Assembly: GCA_051294375.1 (NCBI GenBank)
Contig: JBJCIZ010000239.1
Span: 801,721 to 865,720 of the forward strand
From: Paraspadella gotoi
Taxonomy: Eukaryota; Animalia; Chaetognatha
DNA: 64,000 nucleotides
Direction of reading: 5' to 3'
This document shows positions 1 to 13,990 of this stretch, one piece after another (positions within the stretch are counted from its first letter, which is position 1; every line of letters starts with the position of its first letter). The notes beneath the pieces were generated by a model that was given only the letters and a program-made list of their open reading frames with translations, ran no database searches and had not been told where the DNA came from. Both the position numbers and the translations under genes were made by a program.

Positions 1-40
1 AAGATGAACGTCCCGACTCCGGAGCCGCTCGTCACGATGC
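1..40 (-). CDS. SLC16/monocarboxylate transporter (MFS) exon, continues off window
   Basis: Minus strand tttcccAG|GC ATC GTG ACG AGC GGC TCC GGA GTC GGG ACG TTC ATC reads (G)IVTSGSGVGTFI. This is the phase-compatible continuation of ...YFEEKRAFATG, typical of MCT TM5. Confidence 0.85.
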
Positions 41-379
41 CTGGGAAAAAGAGGGTGAGGACAGAAGGTCAGTTAGAAATGATGATAATGAAGAGGAAAG
101 ACGAAACGAACAACGACGATTAAAACAACGACGAAGACGAAGAAGACCAGACGACCAGACATAAGACCACCCGACGAAAGTCGGAAGAACAACCTTTAGA
201 GTCCGTCATGCCTAACGGCGCAGATGAGAATATGGCACAGATGAGCGAGGGTCCACGACGCGACGACATAGAGGAACGACAAAATTGCGCACCGCGACCA
301 ATGCACGACCGAACCGAAACCACGTACCCCATGCCGACCGGAGCCCGACCGCCCCGGATCCGACCTCCCCGGCCCCCTC

Positions 380-1060
380 GCTCGGCCTGTTCGCGCCGGC
401 TCTTTTCTCCTCGACGTAAAAACTCGACGACGACGACGAAAACAACGACAAGCACCGACGAAATTCACTGATGCACGCCGGACCAGGGACAACGAATGAC
501 ATACTCTTCGACGGTCCACTTCCTTGCCCACACTGACCCCGAGGTCTACGACGACGCCACGCCATGCAGACACGACAATGAAAAACGAAACGATCGAACG
601 ACCAGAACCGACCCCGACCAATCCGCGACCGACCCGATCGGAACCGGACCGACAATGTGGGACGAAGCTCTTTTCTCCCTCGAAGTAAACCAACCGACCC
701 GCACCGACGTACGAAAAACAACGACCAAAGACGACGAAGACCTCGCCGACAAACGAACGAAACGAGAAAGACAACTTTGACGTCCATCTTGACAACTGAG
801 GTCTAACGACGGGACGCGCGAATGCGAAGCGGAAAAAGATAGAAAAGCAGCATAAAACAAAGCGAGACCATCGAGACCGCCCGAAAGAGAACCCGAGTCG
901 ATAACTAACCAGAACCCGACCGGACCGACCTGTGGCGAAGGCTCTTTTCTCCTCGAAGTAAAAACCGACGACGACGACGAAAACAACGACAAAGACGACG
1001 AAGACTGAGACAACGACGAAGACGAAGAAGACAACTTTGACGTCCATCTTGACAATGACG
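380..1060. repeat. About three tandem ~265-275 bp copies carrying the MCT exon end, progressively degraded
   Basis: gctcttttctcctcgaagtaaa-like motif at ~400, ~668, ~941 and 1347. gacaactttgacgtccatcttgacaa at ~770 and ~1030. Confidence 0.7.
930..978 (-). CDS. SLC16/MCT exon 3' part (VVVGFYFEEKRAFATG)
   Basis: Reads GFYFEEKRAFAT-G then a GT donor (gtcggt). Matches the MCT loop motif YFxK(R/K)RxLAxG. Overlaps in sequence with the copy at 1347-1418. Confidence 0.75.
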
Positions 1061-1346
1061 AGGTCTACGACGACGACGACAATGAGAACGACAATGACGA
1101 CCGATCGACCGACCGACCGACCGACCGACCGACCGACNNNNNNNNNNNNNNNNNNNNNNNNNNNNNNNNNNNNNNNNNNNNNNNNNNNNNNNNNNNNNNN
1201 NNNNNNNNNNNNNNNNNNNNNNNNNNNNNNNNNNNNNNNNNNNNNNNNNNNNNNNNNNNNNNNNNNNNNNNNNNNNNNNNNNNNNNNNNNNNNNNNNNNN
1301 NNNNNNNNNNNNNNNNNNNNNNNNNNNNNNNNNNNNNNNNNNNNNN

Positions 1347-1418
1347 CTCTTTTCTCCTCGAAGTAAAAACCGACGACGACGATGGCTGGAAGGTACATCA
1401 TCCCGAAGCCGACGCCGC
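1347..1418 (-). CDS. SLC16/MCT exon 5' part (GGVGFGMMYLPAIVVVGFYFEEKR), cut by N gap
   Basis: Acceptor ttacCAG, then the MCT TM4 motif GxGFGxxYLPAIV. Visible in ORF 196..1620. Confidence 0.85.
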
Positions 1419-2889
1419 CTGGTAAGTTTGGGAAAGGGCTAAGTGAGAAAAGGTAAGTATTATTAAGGAAAGTCGAGTTTAATGGAAGGTGAGGAAGGAA
1501 AAGGAAAGGAAAAGGAAAGAAGAGGTAAAGTTGGTAAGAATAATGGAAAGAAAAGGAAGAGAAAAAGGAAAGGAAGGGAAAGGAAAGGAAAGGAAAGGAA
1601 AGGAAAGGAAAGGAAAGCAAAAGGGAAAAAGAAATGAAACAAACTTACCTAACAATCAAAACAAACTAAACTATCAAAACTGACAAAACTGACAAAACTC
1701 AAATGAAACTAATCTTTTAACTCTNNNNNNNNNNNNNNNNNNNNNNNNNNNNNNNNNNNNNNNNNNNNNNNNNNNNNNNNNNNNNNNNNNNNNNNNNNNN
1801 NNNNNNNNNNNNNNNNNNNNNNNNNNNNNNNNNNNNNNNNNNNNNNNNNNNNNNNNNNNNNNNNNNNNNNNNNNNNNNNNNNNNNNNNNNNNNNNNNNNN
1901 NNNNNNNNNNNNNNNNNNNNNNNNNNNNNNNNNNNNNNNNNNNNNNNNNNNNNNNNNNNNNNNNNNNNNNNNNNNNNNNNNNNNNNNNNNNNNNNNNNNN
2001 NNNNNNNNNNNNNNNNNNNNNNNNNNNNNNNNNNNNNNNNNNNNNNNNNNNNNNNNNNNNNNNNNNNNNNNNNNNNNNNNNNNNNNNNNNNNNNNNNNNN
2101 NNNNNNNNNNNNNNNNNNNNNNNNNNNNNNNNNNNNNNNNNNNNNNNNNNNNNNNNNNNNNNNNNNNNNNNNNNNNNNNNNNNNNNNNNNNNNNNNNNNN
2201 NNNNNNNNNNNNNNNNNNNNNNNNNNNNNNNNNNNNNNNNNNNNNNNNNNNNNNNNNNNNNNNNNNNNNNNNNNNNNNNNNNNNNNNNNNNNNNNNNNNN
2301 NNNNNNNNNNNNNNNNNNNNNNNNNNNNNNNNNNNNNNNNNNNNNNNNNNNNNNNNNNNNNNNNNNNNNNNNNNNNNNNNNNNNNNNNNNNNNNNNNNNN
2401 NNNNNNNNNNNNNNNNNNNNNNNNNNNNNNNNNNNNNNNNNNNNNNNNNNNNNNNNNNNNNNNNNNNNNNNNNNNNNNNNNNNNNNNNNNNNNNNNNNNN
2501 NNNNNNNNNNNNNNNNNNNNNNNNNNNACTAAGTTATTCGGTCATTGGGTGAACTCGCTTTGAAGTTTGAATCGGTCGACAATTAACAAACATCTCACAA
2601 AAAAATATTTCTATAAAAAGTGAACCGAACGGTGTTGATTCGTTCATCAACTTTCGTTACTTAACATTTTAAAAAATTTAAAACCATCCTAAAAAAAAAA
2701 TAAAACTATGGACCTTTCCTTTTTTTTTCCGCAGAACTCCCCCATTTTATTTTAAAAAATTAAGAATCCGATTACTATTTTGAGAACAGAAAAACAAGGG
2801 CACTCTCGGAAAAAGAGAGCCGAACTAGGAATATCATCAACAACCTCCCACGCCATCACCCGCTCCCACACTTCCTCTCACACCCTCAC

Positions 2890-3088
2890 CGTATGCGTAA
2901 CATATCCCATCGACGACGACGTTGATGAAGAAGGCGGCGAAGACGACGGCCCATCCCCAACCGCCGTCCGGCGGAGTCGGGATGAGTTCCGAGACGCTGG
3001 AGGACGACTGCGTCGACCTTTGGGAGGAAGCGGAGACGGCGCGACCGCGGAACGCGTCGTCGGCGGCGTCGAGGTCGAGAGAGTCGGG
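2890..3088 (-). CDS. SLC16/MCT N-terminal exon
   Basis: Translates ...SELIPTPPDGGWGWAVVFAAFFINVVVDGICYAY-G|gtgag. PPDGGWGW is the diagnostic MCT TM1 motif. The 5' end lies in the N gap. Confidence 0.9.
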
Positions 3089-3549
3089 NNNNNNNNNNNN
3101 NNNNNNNNNNNNNNNNNNNNNNNNNNNNNNNNNNNNNNNNNNNNNNNNNNNNNNNNNNNNNNNNNNNNNNNNNNNNNNNNNNNNNNNNNNNNNNNNNNNN
3201 NNNNNNNNNNNNNTGTTAATTGAACGGAATTAATTTTGTTTCGCTCGCTCGCAACGTGTTTGTTACTCTTGACACCGTCTTTGTTTCTCTGTTTCCCTTT
3301 CTCATTCTCTTTGTTTCTTTATGTTCCCTTTCTCTTTGTTTCTTCTGTTCCCTTTCTCATTCTCTTTGTTTCTTCTGTTTCCCTTTCTCTTTCTCTTTGT
3401 TTCTTTATGTTCCCTTTCTCTTTCTCTTTCTCGTAATTATGGTTTTGATTCCGTGTGATTTTTCTCGGCAGTACATTGATTTGTGAGGCTTTTTTATTTT
3501 ATTTTTTTATTTTTTGTATTACGGGTAAAGGACAAATATGAAACGCATC

Positions 3550-6500
3550 GCTCAGGCTGCTCACCAATCCGACCCGAACTCACTTCGTCCCTGATGTATT
3601 CTCACTTCCCTTCGATGTACTTTACAATTGACTGTTTCTAGTCGATAAACTCGGTCCTCTCCCGACTTTAGTTATCGTGTCGTCGTGCTCGTCATCGTCA
3701 AAAACAAATACGATGGGAAGAGTCTCATTCCGCAGTATTTCCCCTCTGAATTCGCCTCTGAGCCAATAGAAGCGGAAACAAGGACGCCATATAGTTAAAA
3801 AAAAAACAACAACAAAAAATTACATTTACAATATATAAAACGATTTAAACCGCGATAATTCGACTAGTAAAACGTTTATTCGTAGCCCTTTTTCTTCCGT
3901 CGGCGTCTATTCGTCATCGATCTCGACATTCGATCGTGTTAACGACCGCAAATCCCGCCGTCAACGTTCATCTTTACGCCAAAGTCGTTCGCCGTCAACG
4001 CATCTTTACGCCAAAGTCGTCGCCGTCTTCGTCATCATCGTCGTCGTCAGTCGTCGTCGTCGTCGTCATGACTTATTGACGGAATTTGGGTCCAATCCGT
4101 TTAAGACTTTCCTCGTCGATCCGTCGTTCGTCGTCGTCGTCGTTAAACGCCCTTCCGCAGAGGCCCGCGACAGAGCGCTGGAGACGAATGGTCGCACATG
4201 GAGACGAAACAAGATCCGCGGAGGATTTTGGAGAAACAGTCCGTTCAATTCTTTGAGATTTCTTGAGATTTATCAAGTGGCATTCGCTGCCTGGTGGACG
4301 AAGGGGATCTGTTGTTGTCGTTTTTGTCGTTGTTGTGTCTTATAGTCGTTGTCATTTGTTATCAGCTGTCTGTCGTCGTCGTCGTCGTCGTCTTTACAAG
4401 GAAAGACATTTTTTCATTTTAACTAAAGTACAATGAATTATCAGAAATTATGCATTGGAAAATATTTCAAAAACGTAAAATGTTTTTTTGAATAAATTAA
4501 TTTATATAAGTGGTTAAATTAAAATTTAGGTTATAGAGCATTGTTGGTACAAAGAAGAGAAGAGCAGAGAGAGAGAGAGAGAGAAGAGAGAGCGAGAAAG
4601 AGAGAGGAAGAGAGAGAGAAATTTAAATGATGAAGCAAAGGTTAAGCTGTCGGAAAACGTCATATTCTTTTAACAAGCCCGTCATTCAGCTATGTATGTG
4701 TTTAATTAATTTGGCCCCCTAACTTTGGACCGAAAAAAAATAGTTCTGATTTATGAGAAAGTTTTTCGTATAAACGTTCGACTTTGGCACATAATTTATG
4801 GGCTTCTTACTTCTCGCTTTTTGAAGTGAGAATCGCTGGTCATCGCCCTGAGCAAAATGACCCTCGGATCTCTGAGATTTTTTTGAAGAGTCTGCGTGAC
4901 CTTTTAGTTTTTTGGTTAAGAATCACAGTTCACTGTGAAAAAAAAACCGATTCGATTTGGATTTAAATCTTAGAAACAAATTTTGGGTGAAAGTATTTTT
5001 TTTTTTTTCCAAAATAATTAAATCTGTTGATCCTTTTGGAGGATTTTTATTATTCGATCGGGAGTGTGGATCTGAGACTTAAGAGTAAATAAAAAAATTA
5101 CTGTTTTGATGCGTTCATATTTGTGCTTCTTACCGTAAATACAGAAAGAATAAAATAATAAACTAATAAAAAGCTCCAATCGATGATCATGCCTGGGCTG
5201 CCCGAGAAAAATCGCACGGAATCAAAAACCATAATTACGAGAAAGAAAAGAGGGCATAAGACAAAAGAGAACATGAAGAGAAAACAAAGAGAAAAGAAAG
5301 GGAAGAGAAGAACAAAGGAGAAAGAGAAAGGGGAAACAGAGAACAAAGAAAAGAGAAAGTAGAGAAAAGCAAAGGCAAGGAAAGAGAAACAAAGAGAAAG
5401 AGAAAGGGAACATAAAGACAGGAAAGCAAAGAGAAAGAGGACAGAAGAACTAGAGAAACAAAGAGGACCAGAAGGAAAGAAAGAGAGAGAGAAGAGAAGA
5501 AAACAAAGAGAAAAAGAAGGGCGAAGGAAGAGAAGAGAAACAAAGAGAAGAGAGGGAAGAGAGAAGAAGAAGAAGAAACAAGAGAAAAGAGAAAAGGAAG
5601 AATGAAACCAAAGAGAGAAGGGAAACAGAAGACGAAGAAAGAGAAAGAGAAGTGCCAGAGAAGAATCAAAGAGAAAAGAGAAAGAAGAGAGAACAACGAG
5701 AAGAAAAGAAAACAGAAGAAACCCAAAGACAAACAGAAAGGAAAAGAGAAGAAACCCAAGAGAAAAGAAGGAAGAGAAGAAAGAGAAGAAACAAAGAAAG
5801 GAGAAAGGGAGAGATGAAAACAAAGAGAAGAGAGGAAAAGAAAGAAGAGAAAAGAAAAAGAAGAGAAGAAGAACAAATAGAAAGAGAGAAAGGAAAGCAT
5901 AAAGAACAAAGAGAAAGAGAAGAACAGAAGAACACGAAATGAGAAAGAACGAAGAAACCAAAGAGAAAGAGAAAGGAGGAAGAAAAAAACAAAGAGAAAG
6001 AATACTATTCTTCTCTTCCCCTTCTACTTTCTCTTTTGTTTTCATCTCTTCCTTTCTCTTGTCTTCTTTGTTTTCTTCTTCTTCCCTTTCTCTTTCTCTT
6101 TGTTTCTTCTCTTACCCTTTCTGTTGTCTTTGTTTCTTCGTGGTTTCCCTTTCTCTTTCTCTTTGTTTTTCTCTATACCCTCTTCATGCTTTCTCTTGAT
6201 TCTTTCTCTTCACTTCTCTTCTCTTTCATTCTTCTGTTTCCCTGCTCTTTCTTACATTGTGTAGTACTCAATCTCTAAAAATGACCGTTTATCCTTCTTC
6301 TTCTTTGTTTCTTCTCTTCCCTTTTCTCTCTTTGTTTCTTCTGCGTTCCCTTTCTTTTTTCCCTTGTTCTTCTCTTCCCTTTCTCTTTCTTCTTTGTTTC
6401 ATCTCTTCCTTTTCTCTTTCTCTTTTGTTTCTGCTCTCCCTTTCTCTTTCTCTTTTTCTTCTCTCTCTTTCTCTTGTTTCTTCTCTTCACTTCTCTTTCT

Positions 6501-7439
6501 CTTTGTTTCTTCCTGTTTTCCCTTTCTCTTCTCTTTGTTCTTCTGTTCCCCTTTTCTCCTTTCTTCTGTTTCTTTATGTTCCCTCTCTCTCTTCTCGTAA
6601 TTATGGTTTTGATTACCGGTGTGATTTTTCTCGGCCTTACAAGTACAAATTATTTGTTGAGGCTTTTTATTTTATTTTTTAGTTTATATTAACTCTAAAG
6701 CTCGGATTACGTTCCCGATGAGAAAACCAAGAAGTTGACAAATATGCTAAGATAAACGACAATACAAAAAATCAAACAGTTATTTTTCCCCATTACTTCT
6801 TAGTCGGGGTCCATGATATCTCAAACAACTCATACGACAAAATCGAATAATTTACAAAAAATCCATCTCTTCCACCACCAGGCAACAACTTCAACAGAAT
6901 TTACTATTTCACAAAAATAAATCAATCACCCATCTTACCTTCCTCACCCCCCCAAAAATCTTTTTCTTAAGATTTAAAATCCAAACCAATCCCGCAATCC
7001 TTCACGGGCACCTAGGAACTTTTCCCTTCGTTTCTTCCATCCCATCCCGACTGACCGGCGTGGAACTGCTGTGGATATCCGCTCACCAAAAACTAGCGAA
7101 GGTCACGCTAGACTCTCTTCCCAGACAAAAGAACTCAATATCCCGAGGTCATTTGGCTCACGATGACCAGCGATTCTCACGTCGAAAAAGCGCATGAAGT
7201 TAATGAAAATCCCATCTCAAATTTATGTGCCAAAACGTCCCGACGTTTTATACGAAAACTTTCCTCATTAAATTCAGAACCTTTTTTTTTTTTTTTCGGT
7301 CCAAGGTTCAGGGGGTGCCATAAACCTTAGGATTTTAAACACTCATTACAGTGAATGACGGTTCCACTTGTTAAAAGAATATGAACGGTTTGCGCAGCCT
7401 GTAACTTTGGCTTAGCATTCCATTAAGAATCTCCTCTCT

Positions 7440-7475
<36 letters not shown>

Positions 7476-7945
7476 GTGCTCTCTTCTTCCTGTGGTTTTC
7501 ATCCACAATGCCTCTATAACCTAATTATCAGAGTTTAAAACTATTATACACAATAATTGTTCCATTCAAAATACATTTTTACGTTTTTGAAATATTTTCC
7601 CACCATTGATAATTTTCTGATAGGGAATCATTGTTACTTTTTTATGAAAATTAAAAATGTCTTTCCTTGTAAAGACGCNNNNNNNNNNNNNNNNNNNNNN
7701 NNNACGACGACGACGACGACGACGATGATAACAAAGACAACGACTACAACAACAACAAGAACAAGAACAACGACAACAACAAGATCCCTTCGTCACCCAG
7801 GCAGCGAATCCACTTGATAAATCTAAGAAAATCTCCCAAAGAATTGAACGGACCTGTTTCTCCAAATCCTCCGCGGATCTTGTCGTCTCCATGGCGACCA
7901 TCGTCTCCAGCCGCTCGTCCGCGGGACCTCTGGCGGAAGGGGTTA

Positions 7946-8024
<79 letters not shown>

Positions 8025-8588
8025 AGCCGCGTATGGAAAGTCGTTAAACGGATTGACCCAAATTCCGTCAATAAGTCATGACGACGACGACGACGACGAT
8101 GACGACGACGATGATGACGAAGACGGCGACGACTTTGGCGTAAAGATGACGTTGACGGCGACGACTTTGGCGTAAAAATGACGTTGACGGCGGGGATGCG
8201 GTCGTTAACGACGATGACGACGATGACGAATAGGACGCCGACGGAGAAAAAGGGGCTACGAATAAACGTTTTACTTTAGTCGAATAATCGCGTTTTAAAA
8301 TCGTTTTTATATATTTGTAAATGTAATTTTGTTGTTGTTGTTGTTTTTTTTAACTATATGGCGTCTTGTTTCGCTTCTATTGGTCAGAGGAGAATTCAGA
8401 GGGAATATCTGCGGATTGAGACTCTTCGCATCGTATTTGTTTTGACGATGACGACGACGACGATAACTAAAGTGGAGGAGACCGATTTATCGATAGAAAC
8501 ACGTCAATTGTAAAGTCACATCGTGAAAGGAAAGGAGAATTACGATCGGGCGAAGTGAGTTCGGGTCGGATTGGTGAGCAGCCTGAGC
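3550..8588. repeat. ~2.5 kb-arm fold-back inverted duplication centred near 6000
   Basis: gctcaggctgctcaccaatccgacccgaactcacttcg (~3550) is the reverse complement of ~8550-8588. Internal landmarks match (4066-4300 vs 7790-8080). The GA-rich block 5240-6000 mirrors the CT-rich block 6005-6600. An extra partial copy lies at 3240-3548. Confidence 0.9.
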
Positions 8589-9256
8589 CCAAGTCACGAT
8601 ACAGGAAGTTTACGCCAAAAAAAAATGAAAATCTGGAAAGAAAAAATAGAAAATCAGAATTGACCGAAGATCGAAAGACAGAGAACCAGACGTCCTTGTC
8701 GTCGTCGTCGTCGTCGTCGTTATCGTCGTCGTAGATATTGTTATTGTTTACGTCTTGTTCGGCGGCGGCAAACGGTCTCTGGATTAGCCACCGATTTGGA
8801 GACCCGTTTTTATCCGGGAAAGATTACAAGAGAAATAATTGACCCAAATTTGTTGTAAAATGTTATGATAACGAAATATCTTGGCACGAAAACCGGCATA
8901 TACTTCCTTATATACAGCTCGTTTGTTATCTTCAAATAAGAGCCCGTTTATTTTTTATGATTGCGAGAGAATCGACTTCGAAAATCCCTGTGTTTGAATC
9001 GCGAAAATTAAAATACGAATTTCATTTGAACGAGAGAAACTTTTTCGGTTCCCAAAAATCGAATTATTCTTTGGAAAATTCAAAGGTAAAAGAAAAAAGA
9101 CGAAAACATTCGCAGGAAAACATTTTGTTTTTTGTTTTGTTTTGTTTTTTTAAATTATTTTTTTAAAAACGAATTGGGAACGTAGACGGATCGTTTTTCA
9201 TTTTTTTCATTTTTTTAGTTGTTGTTGTAGTNNNNNNNNNNNNNNNNNNNNNNNNN

Positions 9257-10358
9257 TGTCACTAACACGTAACTATTAACTACTGTCTCATCAAGGGTAG
9301 TTTAAAAATATACTAACTTTTCAATATTAACATTGTTTTTATGCGACTTTAACCTGGAAAAAACTGATTCCATATCGTAAAAGCAAGTTCGACGAAAATG
9401 TTCCAGATTTTATCACGATCGAAGCGAATTTCATCATTAATGACTAATTCTTTAATTTATTTATGTATATCGAAAAAATTCAAAAACTCGTGACCCTCTC
9501 ACTTTGATCACTTTAGGCGAAACATCGATTTTGAACCCGTGTCATTATCAGACAAAACGACAACCTTCAACCTTCAACATCCCTCCTAGTCCTATCCCGG
9601 TTTGAACTTTGATCAAATATTATCCTGGCGGAATAAAGCGGAACTAAACTCTTAGGCGAAGCAAAAGAACACAACGTCGAGGGCGAGAAGTAAATACTGA
9701 AGTTAAGAGTTATAAGAGTGAAGAAAATTCATTCATGTTTTTTTTGCTATATTGTAAATTTTTAGAATATTTTGCTTTATTGGTTATTGGCTTTTTTAAA
9801 ACTGGTGCTCTGATCTTGAAAAAAATAAGTCTTAGAATTAAGTATATAAACCTATTGTTATTTTTTAAAAGACAAACTTATTTTGTTCGCTCAAGATCAG
9901 AACTTACCAATTCAAAATATTTTTTTTTAATCGTTGCCATTAGAAACCCATATTCTTCACCATTCACTTCACTCATTTAAAAACTCATATTCAGGGCCGT
10001 TAAGTAACAAGTTTTTACTGTTTAAATTATTTTATTTACTGTTTAAATTTATGTAAATTAAAAATAGATAAATAGCGAAGCCTCTGAAAAGCGCAGCGCG
10101 AGACGTCCGTCGAGTGTTATCGTCGATTTTCATGGTCGTCGTCGGTCGTCGTCGTCGTGCTCCGCTCGTGCCCTCGCCCCCGTGCACACTCTTTGTTTAC
10201 GTTTTCATGGCGACGACAACCGAGACGAAGAAGACGACGACGACAATATGTTGAATTCGAAAAGAAAATTATAAATTGAAACTTTACCGGATATATGAAA
10301 TTGATTTATTATTAACCGATTCTTCAACGTTTTTTTCGTTACATTTCGAATGTTTAAT

Positions 10359-10429
<71 letters not shown>

Positions 10430-11224
10430 CTCTCCTCTCTCCGAAGAAGAAGTGAGTGATCATTTATCATTAATCACGTGAGGACGTGCGAATGCATCTT
10501 CATCCTGATCCCGACCCGGAGCTCCTGACCGCGGTCGTCTTAAACGGTGACATCTTGTATCGTTTCAATTATGTATTCACGCTAAGGGTTTTTTTCCTTA
10601 ATTATTCGGTTAGTTTTTGGCCTTGTTTTCCCAGAACGCCTCATTTCATCTTAAATTAAAGAGCAAAGGGTTTAGGGTTAGAGATCAAGAATAGGTTAGG
10701 ATTTAAGGAGTAGGATTTAATATAAGATTAAAATCAAATTCTATAAATCACTTTTCGGTCGGTCGGTCCGTCTGTCTGTACGTGGTCGTCGGTGTCCCAC
10801 TTAGTTAAAAATGCTCATAACTCACCTATGAGTCGGTTGCACAATTTGATAAGAGACGGGAAAAAAACACACAAATCTAAACGACTACTAGCGCCGCCTA
10901 TTGTTTTTTTAAAGAAATCTCATATAAACTATAGAAATAAAAAACCGTATTCCAATATAGTAGCGGGATAACAAAGTCACTGCGGCGCACGAACATTTGA
11001 ATTTCCGATCTGGTTTTTGTCTTTTTTTTTATTATTATTTTCCCTCAGTACTTTTTACTCATCCTTATATTTATATCCATTTTTCTTTTTTGTCCTTTCT
11101 CTCTTCTCCGCCATTTTCCCGATCGGCCAAAATTAAAAAACCATTTGCCCCAATTTCTCTCGTCAGCGCTTCTTTACGCAAATACTTTTTCCGTCTTCTC
11201 GCATGCGAGAGCAGAGAAGAGAGA

Positions 11225-11259
<35 letters not shown>

Positions 11260-11270
11260 AGAGAGAGAGA

Positions 11271-11319
<49 letters not shown>

Positions 11320-11411
11320 AGGAAAGAGAGAGAGAGAGAGGCCCGGATCGGCATAGTGGCTTCGGTTCCACACGCGAGGAAACGGGCAAAATGAAAAATT
11401 TCATCTCTCTA

Positions 11412-11458
<47 letters not shown>

Positions 11459-13990
11459 TCTCTCCCTCTCTCTCTCTCTCTTCTCTCTCTCGTCAAGTTG
11501 ACAAGCGACGAACGGGCAACAACATCAGCTGCGAAAATTTCCGCTTTCAAGGAATTTTTCTTTGTCCGGATCGATCTTTTCCTTTGTTCCCGTATCCTTG
11601 TCTGTTACTGCATCCAGATTTACCCATTATATATAAAAAAAAAAAAATAATCTTCTTTAAAACTTTTCTTTTATTGCTTTTTTACATCTTTATATCTTTA
11701 TTCAGATATTCTTATTCGCCTACTGCCGAGTTAAAGCTTAAAAAATAACCCAAACTACTTTCTTTAAAATTTTATAAACAGCAATTAATTTCGTTTTTTT
11801 TTTTTAATTTTTCTTCCACTCAACTATTCTTCAAACTGGTTTATTCCGGCCGCCGTCTTTACTGTTATTTTCGTCGTCTTCTTCGTCATCTGCTCTTCTT
11901 GTCGTCGTCATCGTCTCGTCGTCATCATCGTCATCATCTCAGCCAACGATTCGTTCCCGTCTCGCGTTTTCTTTTTTCTTTTTTATCCTAACCAGAAATT
12001 GATTTACATAACGATAATTTGGTTTTTTGGGGGTGGCTACTATTCGCCAAACACTGTAAACGGTTAGCTTTTAGTCACCTATTTTAGGTTTTATTAATTT
12101 TGAAACACGTGGAGCGACAAAAATATATTGCGCAATTTTCTTGTACTGTTACACTGTCATGCCAATATATTCATCTTTATTCGGCTATCTAAAACCTGTT
12201 TAAAAGAGAATTCAGAAAAAATATATTTTAAAAACTTGACACTTTGATTTTAAACGCTCGAATTAAGCGGCAAAAAACTTTACCTTTTTTTATTCATATT
12301 TCCATAATAATATTTACGTTTTTGTATCAAACTACGTTTTGTTGTTACGAAATTGGCACAACCATATAGAAAAATTATTCATCAATTTGAATAAATAAGC
12401 CATCTTGATCCTGACTTTTGACAGACTTTTGGTGGTTTAGGACCTCATCGCTCTTCCAAGATAATAACATAGCAGGTTCCCTGCAAGCTTTGCGATTCTC
12501 ACAGTATTATTTTTCGATCTTTCGGCTTGACTTTTGTTTTATAAAAAAACCCAAGACCATTTCTCGAATCGAGTGACTCGAATCTAATCAATTAAATGAT
12601 TCGTCGGATGTGAAAAAATATAACCACAGGAGACAACGACTAACTTAACTGACAACATTTAACGAACGGTGCGTAAGATAGGCTGAGTCTCGTTTAATCA
12701 TTGACGAGAACTCACGAAAGACTTTTTTCACAATCCGAATTGGTTTCACGGAGAAATATTCCACGTCCGTCACATTTATATTCAGAGTTCTAGTGGTGAG
12801 AGAGATGCGAACTGAATGTATCCTATATAAATATAAAGTATAAAATTTGACATTTTTGGGAAATAAAAGCAAATCCTCTGGAAAACAATAAAATTGGCAA
12901 CTTTTCATTCATATTCGCCCCCAAAAAAAGGATCATCATTTGTTACCATATAAGGTTTTGCTTTTTTAGTACTACTAAAAAAAATGTTAAAATAACCAAA
13001 AACTCCGGCAGAATTTGGATAAAATCTGGGGCATAAAAGGTAAAAAAGTTGGAAACACAACAATAGAAATCGAAAAAGTGATTTTCCTCGGAAGATAGAA
13101 GATTTAGCCGCTCAGAATACCCGCCCAGTAGAGAAACAATACGCCCCGCCATCTAATCAAAGGGTCAGCCTTATACGTGGTGGTAAGTCCGCCTTGTCAT
13201 ATGAACTAGATTATAGACTGTCTGTATTTCCGGTGACGGTCTTTATGGATAATGCTCAAAAAGCGTTCTGTCCGCTTTTTTCAAAAAAAATATATTAATA
13301 TGGTTAAAAAACCTTAGATTAATTTCTAAGATATTATGACTGCCATCATTCTGTACTCGTCTTCATGGCTCATCCTATTACGTTATTTTTTTGGCCTATT
13401 TAATCTACTGAGATGAATTGTTTGATCTTTTTGCACCGAGAATTATATTCATTCTTTATTCTGACGACCGCACAAGTTGAATCTTGACGACAACTTGACG
13501 CCCACTGGCGTAACACCGACACGAGACATCGGGGATATATAATAAGGAGGATGGCAACAAAGTTGTAGAATATGTTCGTCCACAGATCACGGTGACGTTT
13601 TTTGATTGTGAAGAGCCTGAATTGCTCAGTGAATCATCGTACAATCAGTTCAATATAAACTCATTTTTTACCGGTGCTCGCAAGACACAGCTACCTAAAA
13701 AGAAATAGGTGGAAACAGTGTGCACCGTGGCCTCTGCATACATCTCATGTATGATTCACCGAAGAATAAATAAATAGTCCTATTAAATTACTTTATAAGG
13801 CCTTAATTTTAATATAAAAGTCCATATTAAGTACTTTTTTAAAGGCCTTAATTAAATATAAAGTCCAATTAAGTACTTTATAAAGCCTTAAATAATATAA
13901 AGTCCCTATTAAATACTTTATAAAGGCCTTAATTAATGGATTAATGGATAATTTTTATAATTGGTTGTACCAAGTTCATAAAATTCAGCT
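9257..13990 (-). repeat. Inverted copy of the amidase-1 upstream region
   Basis: 9257-12990 is the reverse complement of ~24045-28156. 11701-13990 is the reverse complement of 15380-17500. Differences are mostly single-base indels. Confidence 0.9.
9354..9437 (-). pseudogene. Inverted duplicate of amidase-1 exon 1 (probably an assembly duplicate)
   Basis: Reverse complement of 27983-28068, including ATGATGAAATTC and ...TTCCAG|gttaaag. Confidence 0.6.

Noticed and set aside
5098-6692. Long F/L/S-rich and K/R/E-rich ORFs (up to 315 aa)
   Set aside because: They are translations of GA/CT low-complexity tracts, which rarely contain stop codons. The same applies to 39170-40403, 57358-58002 and the ERERER ORFs.
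7891-8175. Poly-Asp / poly-Thr ORFs
   Set aside because: This is a (GAC)n microsatellite whose length differs in the inverted copy. There is no splice or homology support.
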